A stretch of DNA of 64,000 nucleotides from an uncultured Fibrobacterota bacterium (GTDB lineage: Bacteria > Fibrobacterota > Chitinivibrionia > Chitinivibrionales > FEN-1185): NCBI GenBank assembly GCA_963729895.1, contig CAVSQB010000003.1, positions 64,001 to 128,000 of the forward strand. Reading direction: 5' to 3'. The translations under genes and the position numbers were made by a program. The notes under the pieces were generated by a model, which saw only the letters and a list, made by a program, of their open reading frames with translations, searched no databases and had not been told where the DNA came from. This document shows, in pieces, positions 56,938 through 64,000 of this stretch. Position 1 is the stretch's first letter. Every line of letters starts with the position of its first letter.

Positions 56938-58578
56938 TCAGGTCACACGTAAGGTTCCGTAAACCGTTCGTGGTGACACTGAGTTTATCGAAGTGTGTCG
57001 AATCATGAACGCCCCGTTCATCACGTCGAAGCTACAACGCGCCGAAAAACCCTGGAGAAACTGGACAGTGTCCCGCTCTTTGTCTCTCAAGGCGAACATC
57101 ATGTCGCCGGACAACGGGCGGAGAACTCCCGTAAGCAAAGTATTCGCAGAGGTCAAAGCGCTCATTCCCGATTCTCCCCAAAGGTTCGAGGCACTCACCC
57201 TGTAGTAGTAGGTTTTTCCTGTGTCAAGACCTGTGTCGGTGAATGTGCCTGCGGTCAGGGGTCCAATACGCAAAGGACTGGAACCCGTATCTGTTGTATC
57301 CCTGTAAATTGCATAATATGTTGCGCCCTGCACTACAGGCCAGGTGACTACAATGCTTGTTTTGGAAACGCCTGTTGCGACAACATTCAAAGGCACGGCA
57401 GGAACGGTTGTCGCGTTTACCGAGACCGACGGACCGGACTCGCCCGAATCGCCAACGGCAGTTATCTTGTAATAGTACTGTGTACCCGCAGACAAACCCG
57501 TGTCGGTGAATGAGGTATCTGCAGCGCCGCTCAATGTTGCCACAATCGAATATGATCCGCTCGCGGAGCCGCTCCTGTAAACTTTGTATGAGGTTATTGG
57601 CGCATCGTACGGAAAGCTTTTCCAGATTACAGTGATACTGTCGCTCGTTGCTCCTGCAACCATAACTCCCAAAGGTGCGGCGCGATTGGTTGTTGCACTT
57701 GCCGGGGCCGATTGGCCCGACTCGCCGGAAGTATCGAGCGCGGTCACCTTGTAGTAATATAAGGTAGACGGAGACAAACTTGTATCCGCTGTACCCGAAT
57801 CGATAATCGTATCTGCGGTCACAATGCCGACCGCCGCATAGCTTCCGGTGTCGTTTGTGGTGCTCCTGTATACCTTGAACGATTTAGCGCCCGCAACCGG
57901 CGGCCATACCACCATGATGCTGACGGAAGAAACGGCGGTTGCCGCCAGGCCCATGGGCATTGCAGGAACAGTGATCGCGTTTATCGACGCAGACAATGGC
58001 GATTCCTGCGAACCATTGGCCGCGCCTATTTTGTAGTAATAAATTGTCCCGGCCTTGAGGCCGGTGTCAATGAATGTGTCGATTGAAACCGTTCCGACTG
58101 CGGCAAAGGCGCCCGTGTCCGAAAAGCTCCTGTACACATTGTAAGATGCAGCGCCCGGAATCAAGGCCCAATTAACGGAAATGCCGGAACTGGAAGTGCC
58201 GATGGCGGCAAGGTCCGAGGGAATCGCGGTGGTTGAATAAACCGGTGAGGACGTGTCGGATCCGAAATTGTTGGATGCAACTACCTTGTAATAGTACAGG
58301 TTGCCCGCAACCAGGCCGGTATCGACGAAGGAATCCGGCACCACCGTTTTAACAAACGAGAACGTTCCGCTGTCGCTCGCGCTGCGTAAAACAGTGTACG
58401 AGGTCGCGCCCAGAATCCTCACCCACCCGACGCGGATACTGTTCATGCCCACCCCAGACGCCCACACGCTCAAGGGAACCGGCGGCTTCACCGCCGTGTT
58501 CACCGACGAATTGGAACAGGACAGCATAAACCCTATTGTCAAGATACTCGGAAGGAGGAATTTTGGTATCCGGATCAT
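56938..58578 (-). CDS. Fibronectin type III repeat lipoprotein
   Basis: Lipobox MLSC; five repeats W..V.GA.SY.VYRS...F.DTGL..GT.YYYKV.A. Confidence 0.85.
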   Translation of the reverse strand: MIRIPKFLLPSILTIGFMLSCSNSSVNTAVKPPVPLSVWASGVGMNSIRVGWVRILGATSYTVLRSASDSGTFSFVKTVVPDSFVDTGLVAGNLYYYKVVASNNFGSDTSSPVYSTTAIPSDLAAIGTSSSGISVNWALIPGAASYNVYRSFSDTGAFAAVGTVSIDTFIDTGLKAGTIYYYKIGAANGSQESPLSASINAITVPAMPMGLAATAVSSVSIMVVWPPVAGAKSFKVYRSTTNDTGSYAAVGIVTADTIIDSGTADTSLSPSTLYYYKVTALDTSGESGQSAPASATTNRAAPLGVMVAGATSDSITVIWKSFPYDAPITSYKVYRSGSASGSYSIVATLSGAADTSFTDTGLSAGTQYYYKITAVGDSGESGPSVSVNATTVPAVPLNVVATGVSKTSIVVTWPVVQGATYYAIYRDTTDTGSSPLRIGPLTAGTFTDTGLDTGKTYYYRVSASNLWGESGMSALTSANTLLTGVLRPLSGDMMFALRDKERDTVQFLQGFSARCSFDVMNGAFMIRHTSINSVSPRTVYGTLRVT

Positions 58579-58743
58579 AACGTGCCAGAGTACGCGACGG
58601 CGGACGGCGGGTTGATTGAATTCCGGGCCGTGAAACCCGGGCCTTTGATCGTAAGAGGGAAAAATAGCTGGATCGCGCGGGAATGTCAATTTGTTGATGG
58701 GATGCTCGGCTGCCTTTCTGCCGCAAAGCGTCGCGAAATTGGA

Positions 58744-58769
58744 GAACCCCGCAGCAAGCTGCGGGGTTC
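58744..58769. repeat. REP-like palindrome
   Basis: GAACCCCGCAGC-AA-GCTGCGGGGTTC, perfect 12-bp arms, between divergent genes. Confidence 0.55.
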
Positions 58770-58903
58770 AATCATAAGTATGCCGCGTCCATCGGGGGAT
58801 TGATAGTATTTTATGACGGTAAGGCGCATCGACCCGATTCTTCCTCCGGGATTGCAGAGGAGTTTCTTGATTCTTGCGTCTTGAAACAATTTGAGGGGGC
58901 GTA

Positions 58904-60379
58904 ATGCACATTTTTCCCATACTCACAGCCGCTCTTGCCGGGACCGTACTCACGGCGATTATCGCGTTTTTCATGTCGAGGATCGGGGAAAAAGCGGCAT
59001 TCGACCGCGGGGCAGGCCAGAACGCAAACCAGCTCGGCGTTCTTCAGGAAAAACTGTCGACCCTTGCCGCACAGATACAAGACCTCACTGCACGGCTTGC
59101 CTCGGCGGAGGCGCTGACGGAACAGGAACGTGAGAAATCGTGCGAGCTCACCGCGCGCGCCGCAGCGCTCGAAATTTCGGCGAACCGCGTACCCCAATTC
59201 GAAAAGGAACTGTACGCCTCGCGCCAGGAAATGTCGCAGAAGCAAAGCGACATCGCGCGCCTCGAAACGATAATCGACAAAGAACGCAGGCAAAACGAAG
59301 AGAAACTCGCCCTGCTCAATGAGGCCAAGGAACAGATGAAATCGGATTTCCAGAACCTTGCCAACAGGATCCTGGAGGAGAAAAGCGCAAAGTTCACCGA
59401 ACAGAACAGGCTTAACATAGACACTATCATGTCCCCCCTACGCGACCAGCTTTCCGAATTCAAGAAGCGCGTGGAAGACGTGTACGACAAGGAATCAAAA
59501 GACCGCGTTTCCCTGTTCATGGAAATCACCAATCTCAAGCAGCTGAATCAGAAGATCAGTGAAGATGCAGTCAACCTCACCAACGCACTTAAAGGCGACA
59601 ACAAAACGCAGGGAACCTGGGGGGAACTCGCGCTGGAACGCGTGCTCGAAATGTCGGGTCTCCAGAAAGGCAGGGAGTATGAAGTGCAGGTACACACCCA
59701 CGATGCAAACGGCAGCGGCTACAAGCCCGATGTCGTGATTTACCTTCCGGAGAACAAACAGGTGATCGTCGATGCAAAAGTGTCGCTCCTTGCGTATGAG
59801 CAATACTGCAGCGCCGGCACCGAGGAAGAACGCAGGGGCAAGCTCAAAGACCATGTCGCGTCCGTGCGCAACCAGGTGCGCCTCCTGAGCTCAAAGAACT
59901 ACGACCAACTCCTCGAGGTTCGGTCCCTCGATTACGTCCTCTTGTTTATCAACGTAGAGGCGGCATTCCTCGCCGCTATCAAAGAGGACAAGGAGCTTTT
60001 TAGCGACGCGTTTGCCAAGAACATCATCCTTGTGTGCCCTTCCACCCTGCTGGTCACGCTGCGCACAATTGCCAATATCTGGAGGTACGAATACCAGAAC
60101 CAGAACGCCCAGACCATTGCGAAAAAAGCGGCCGATCTGTACGACAAGTTCGTCACGTTCGTCGCCACCCTTGAAGACGTGAACGCGGCAATACGAAAAG
60201 CGTCCGCCGAGTGCGATTCCGCACTCAAACTCCTTTCAACGGGGAAAGGCAATCTTGTAAAGAAAGTGGAGGACTTCAAACAGCTCGGCGTTAAGGGCAA
60301 GAAGAACCTGCCCGTTCAATTGATTGACGCTTCGGACGGCGACGAAGAAGATGCCGGGCAGGCCGGCGCTTTATGTTGA
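58904..60379 (+). CDS. rmuC: DNA recombination protein RmuC
   Basis: Coiled coil; NLTNALKGDNKTQGTWGE..LE, KPDV...LP, VDAKVSL. Confidence 0.93.
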   Translation: MHIFPILTAALAGTVLTAIIAFFMSRIGEKAAFDRGAGQNANQLGVLQEKLSTLAAQIQDLTARLASAEALTEQEREKSCELTARAAALEISANRVPQFEKELYASRQEMSQKQSDIARLETIIDKERRQNEEKLALLNEAKEQMKSDFQNLANRILEEKSAKFTEQNRLNIDTIMSPLRDQLSEFKKRVEDVYDKESKDRVSLFMEITNLKQLNQKISEDAVNLTNALKGDNKTQGTWGELALERVLEMSGLQKGREYEVQVHTHDANGSGYKPDVVIYLPENKQVIVDAKVSLLAYEQYCSAGTEEERRGKLKDHVASVRNQVRLLSSKNYDQLLEVRSLDYVLLFINVEAAFLAAIKEDKELFSDAFAKNIILVCPSTLLVTLRTIANIWRYEYQNQNAQTIAKKAADLYDKFVTFVATLEDVNAAIRKASAECDSALKLLSTGKGNLVKKVEDFKQLGVKGKKNLPVQLIDASDGDEEDAGQAGALC

Positions 60380-60562
60380 GGCCGAGGAGGCGTGATGCGT
60401 GGACAGCCCTCCGGCGACCAGTGGTCCATTCCTGCAGCGTCGAACTTCTTTTCCCTTGCTTGTTTACATCCCCCTCGCGAAAAGCTATTTTTCTTCCCGA
60501 AAGAGAAGGATCTTGAAGAGCTGCTTAAACCGCGATCATCAATCTGCGATCTAGAATTCTTA

Positions 60563-60650
60563 GGAGAGGTGTCCGAGCGGCTTAAGGAGCACGCCTGGAA
60601 AGCGTGTGTGCAGAAATGTACCCTGGGTTCAAATCCCAGCCTCTCCGCCA
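60563..60650 (+). tRNA. tRNA-Ser(GGA)
   Basis: GGAGAGG/CCTCTCC acceptor stem, CACGC-CTGGAAA-GCGTG anticodon arm, long variable arm, encoded CCA. Confidence 0.96.
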
Positions 60651-60663
60651 CTGTACGGGAAGG

Positions 60664-60698
60664 GGTCCTTTGCCTGTCCGGCAAAGGACCTTTTTTTT
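60664..60698 (+). terminator. Terminator after tRNA-Ser
   Basis: GGTCCTTTGCC-TGTCC-GGCAAAGGACC followed by T8. Confidence 0.88.
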
Positions 60699-60859
60699 GT
60701 ATTTTGGGCATGACAATCACGCGTCGATGAAGAGGAGTGTGTTGTACCAAAAAAGTAGGTTTCTCCATCCACCATCGTTTCTTCTCCGGCGCTGTTCTAT
60801 ATTGAAACTTCTTCATTTGTACCCCGTAATCTTATCGAGATCAGCAAAGGAGGTCGGGT

Positions 60860-61519
60860 ATGAAAAGAACAGCATTTGCGATTATTATCGCCCTGGGCAT
60901 TTTTATTATGCTTTTCGCAACTGACACACCTGCCAAAGGTGCATCCAGCTCCTCAGGTTCTGTCCGGAGTTCCTCATCAAGCTTTGGACGAAGTTCTTAT
61001 GGTTCGGGCAGGAGTTACTCGGGTGGCATGGCCAAAGCCTCAGTTCAAAGCGGCTACGCGGGGTATCGGGGAGGTGCTCATAGCGGGTATTATGGAGAAG
61101 GCAGAAATTATTATCGAGGGCACTATCGCGGCTATTATGGGTGGGGGGCATATTGGCCCTGTTGGTCAATAGGTACTTATGTAACCTATCTTCCCGACGA
61201 CTATGCGACAGTTTATGTTGATGGAACCCCCTATTATTATTGCGACGGATCCTATTTCACGCTCTCTTCAAACGGGTACGTAGTTGTACCCACACCTGTG
61301 CCGGTAACGGGCCAGGCAACAGTAGGTTCAGATCAACCCGTAATGGCGCAAACGAAATGGGCGTCGCATGACACAACAACAATAAATGTCCCGAATTCAA
61401 AGGGGGGATTTACGCCGGTGAGATTGATCAAACATAAAAACGGGTACACTGGTCCGCAGGGAGAATTCTATGCCGGTCACCCGACTGTAGCTGCGCTCAA
61501 GGCATTGTACGGGGATTGA
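60860..61519 (+). CDS. Exported Gly/Tyr/Ser-rich hypothetical protein
   Basis: AAGGAGG RBS, signal peptide, LP..Y.TV.V.G.PYYY.DG.YF..GYVVV. Confidence 0.75.
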   Translation: MKRTAFAIIIALGIFIMLFATDTPAKGASSSSGSVRSSSSSFGRSSYGSGRSYSGGMAKASVQSGYAGYRGGAHSGYYGEGRNYYRGHYRGYYGWGAYWPCWSIGTYVTYLPDDYATVYVDGTPYYYCDGSYFTLSSNGYVVVPTPVPVTGQATVGSDQPVMAQTKWASHDTTTINVPNSKGGFTPVRLIKHKNGYTGPQGEFYAGHPTVAALKALYGD

Positions 61520-61669
61520 CACGACATGATTTGATTCACGGCCCTATTTCAAGAAGTGCGGAGCCTTTTTCTTTGCCTCACTTCGAAGACACCAATTTCA
61601 GGAATTGGCATTTAGTAAAGGAAATTCTTTCATGCTTTGAGGATATTCGAGGACATTTCTGCGCACGAA

Positions 61670-61714
61670 AAACATCAAAGGCTTACAGACATCATCTGTA
61701 AGCCTTTGATGTTT
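61670..61714. terminator. Perfect 20-bp inverted repeat at the tRNA-Phe 3' end
   Basis: AAACATCAAAGGCTTACAGA-CATCA-TCTGTAAGCCTTTGATGTTT. Confidence 0.7.
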
Positions 61715-61717
61715 ATA

Positions 61718-61790
<73 letters not shown>

Positions 61791-61982
61791 ACACTGATCT
61801 TCTTTTCGGAAGGTTAAAAAATATATATGACTCTCCACAAAAAGTAAAGAGTAGTCTCGCGCTGGACCGGGAGACCGTGCGCCCCGGATTCTCTGCACCC
61901 TTCATCGCTCCTCCCGCCAATGATTTCTTTACGGAAGAAAAGATCGCAGGTATGCGGCAGCGGGCGGGTACCTCATAAACAA

Positions 61983-62021
61983 AAAAGCAGGAATCCCGTC
62001 GGTCACGAGATTCCCGCTTTT
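61983..62021 (-). terminator. Probable terminator of the STAS-PEGA gene
   Basis: AAAAGCAGGAATCCCGT...ACGAGATTCCCGCTTTT, imperfect stem with A/T tails. Confidence 0.55.
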
Positions 62022-62043
62022 CTCCTAATTCTAGTGCAGTGCG

Positions 62044-63885
62044 CTACTTGAGATTTACCAACTGCGACGGGTTGTCACCCCCCTTGAAGGTCATGTCTTT
62101 GGTCACCTCCTGTGTGCCCTTGACAAATCTCATACTGTGGGCGCCCGCAGTTACATTCAGCTTGGTTATGTTCGTTTTGCCGATGAGTGTGCCGTCCATG
62201 TAGACATCCGCGACAGGCGGTATCGACGCGATAAACACCGTCGCAGCCTCGCCGCCCGATGCAGGGGCCGCGGCAGGCGCAGGAGCGGGCTTGGGAGGCG
62301 GAGGAGGTGGCGGAGGAGGTGGTGCCGCTTCCGGTTCCGCCTCAGCCGCCGGAGCGGAACTGGGGGCAGGCTTGGAAACGGCGGGCGCCTCTTCTCTTTC
62401 AAGCTTGAAGGACTCCGATTTGCTGCCGCCTGTGTATTCGAGGGTTTTTGCCGATTCCTTGTACCCGGACTTGGACACCACGATGGTCACTTCGCCGATG
62501 ACGTTGGGGTTCTTCCATGTAAACGGCGTCGTGCCGATCACGTTATCGTCGGCCTTGATGGTTGCTCCGGAAGGACTCGATGTAATGGTAATTTTTCCGG
62601 CGGCAGCGGCGGGAGAGGCTTCCGCCGAGGCCTTTGCCTGGGCCTTCTTCGAGGCCTTGGACGTTGCGGGTTTCTTGCCCGGCTTTTCTGCCGGTTCTTC
62701 GGCCGCCACGGGCGCAGGCGGCACGGCCGCCGCGGGCGCGGGTGCCGGAGCAGGCTGGGCTGGCGCGACCGGCGCAGGCGGGGGCACTGGCTTGCTCACC
62801 ACGGGTGCCGGCGGGGGCGCTTCTTTCTCCCCATTCTTAAAATACGTGATGTATCCGAAAAAACCCGCCGCGGCCAGAACAACGACAACAAGGGCCGTGA
62901 TTATGATAGGCATGGGCGAACGTTTCCTTGGTTCGCCTTGCTCGACATCACTGGAAAGATCTTCGTAGGGGCGGACCGGCCTTTCTTCGGCTGCGGGTCT
63001 CGGCCTTGCCTTTGGCGCTGCCCCTTCCGGTTTCGCAAGGACATCCTCCTCCCGCATATGGCGGGTGGCGGGCGGCGGTGCGAGAGGCTCGAGCCCGGGC
63101 GGCGTGTATTCTTCGTCCCGGCGCCGCGCCGTTGGAATGGGTTCCTGAACAGGAGCGAATTCCTGCTCCGGCCTGCGTGGCGGCTGCGCCGGCGGAGGGG
63201 TAAAAGGCTCCGCAAATTGCGGCGGCTGCGGACGAGCTGCCTGCGGCGGAGGACCGTACGTATCCTGCGGCACCTCAGTCTCAAAAGACTTGTACGCAGC
63301 CTCGAACTCTTCTTCCTTGAATGCCGGCGGCATTGCAAACTGCTGTTGCGGCGGTTGCGGTGCAAACGGCTGCGGCTGGCGAAAACCCCTTTCCGGTTCG
63401 GTTTCGGCCGGCGCAACGCCGGGAGACATTGCAGTGCTTATTTCCGAACGCAAATCCTCGAACTCCGACTTGGGTTTGGGAGGAGGCGCCGCCTGCTGAT
63501 AAGTCTGAAGATCGGCAATATTGTAACGCGTCGTTTGCAGGATGATGTCTTCGGAGCTTTTGACAAGCTCGGTCTCGGTGTCGAAGATTTTCAGGATGTT
63601 CTGGATGCCGGTGCGCTCGAGAATCTGGCGTACTTCCGGGCTGGGTCCCATAAGCGACAGCCGGCCGCTCACGTCGAGAATCCGCCTGTTAAGGGCGAGA
63701 ATTACGTTGATCGTGTCGGAATAGATGTAGTCGAGAGGGGAAAGGTCGATGGCGAAGTTCCGTTTGCTCTCGGCAATGAGCGAGTTGATCATGTTCTTGA
63801 GGAGCGTGGAATCGAACACCTCTCCCTTTTCGATAACCGGCTGAATGATCTCAAAAAGACCGCTGGTTCTAGTACGGAATTTGAT
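62044..63885 (-). CDS. Membrane protein: STAS domain, Pro-rich linker, TM helix, two PEGA domains
   Basis: AIDLSPLDYIYSDTI..VRQILERTGI (STAS); ITSSPSGATI..IGTTP and SIPPVADVYMDG (PEGA). Start is ATC 63885 or GTG 63819. Confidence 0.78.
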   Translation of the reverse strand: MKFRTRTSGLFEIIQPVIEKGEVFDSTLLKNMINSLIAESKRNFAIDLSPLDYIYSDTINVILALNRRILDVSGRLSLMGPSPEVRQILERTGIQNILKIFDTETELVKSSEDIILQTTRYNIADLQTYQQAAPPPKPKSEFEDLRSEISTAMSPGVAPAETEPERGFRQPQPFAPQPPQQQFAMPPAFKEEEFEAAYKSFETEVPQDTYGPPPQAARPQPPQFAEPFTPPPAQPPRRPEQEFAPVQEPIPTARRRDEEYTPPGLEPLAPPPATRHMREEDVLAKPEGAAPKARPRPAAEERPVRPYEDLSSDVEQGEPRKRSPMPIIITALVVVVLAAAGFFGYITYFKNGEKEAPPPAPVVSKPVPPPAPVAPAQPAPAPAPAAAVPPAPVAAEEPAEKPGKKPATSKASKKAQAKASAEASPAAAAGKITITSSPSGATIKADDNVIGTTPFTWKNPNVIGEVTIVVSKSGYKESAKTLEYTGGSKSESFKLEREEAPAVSKPAPSSAPAAEAEPEAAPPPPPPPPPPKPAPAPAAAPASGGEAATVFIASIPPVADVYMDGTLIGKTNITKLNVTAGAHSMRFVKGTQEVTKDMTFKGGDNPSQLVNLK

Positions 63886-63920
63886 AAGAACCCCCTTTGT
63901 AAATTAAGCAGCTTCGGTAA

Positions 63921-63994
63921 TACGCCAGGAGGGAGTCGAACCCACGACCTTCGGCTCCGGAGGCCGACACTCTATCCAACTGAGCTACTGGCGC
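63921..63994 (-). tRNA. tRNA-Arg(CCG)
   Basis: GCGCCAGTAGCTCAGTTGGATAGAG, TCGGC-CTCCGGA-GCCGA, GGTTCGACTCC; one T-stem mismatch. Confidence 0.93.
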
Positions 63995-64000
63995 ACAAAT

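Noticed and set aside
62270..62830. GC-rich short repeats as a DNA repeat element
   Set aside because: They encode the Pro/Ala linkers of the PEGA protein.

Overview
A 64-kb stretch of bacterial chromosome, mostly GC-rich housekeeping DNA. The secreted glycoside hydrolases with Ig-like C-terminal tails, the fungal/plant-type chorismate mutase and the STAS-PEGA protein suggest an anaerobic Fibrobacterota (Chitinivibrionia-like) organism; this taxonomy is inference only. Contents in order: a partial IS1595-family element; an aromatic amino-acid operon with a degenerate AroA-like protein; a DUF1573 lipoprotein split by an in-frame UGA at a conserved Cys position and followed by a SECIS-like hairpin (probable selenoprotein); iron and oxidative-stress genes (rubrerythrin, rubredoxin, ferritins, thioredoxins, zwf); selenium-linked genes (yedF, DUF3343, selD); mcsA plus a degenerate mcsB; lysS-lolE-lolD; a PTS enzyme I-like gene; an ASKHA/RACo-type protein; a head-to-tail pair of an rve-type DDE IS at one target, with an IS5 nested in the second copy; tRNA-modification and Cys/Met genes including a Cys-rich HPr and an Rrf2 regulator; secreted proteins (YWTD propeller, tail-collar protein, GH2, GH55, GH9-like, FN3 lipoprotein); a complete IS1595 copy; rmuC; and three tRNAs. 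The best leads are the UGA-recoded DUF1573 lipoprotein with Se genes nearby, the site-reusing tandem IS, the PTS components embedded in S/Se loci, and two probable pseudo-enzymes. All calls come from reading motifs by eye; no database searches were run.
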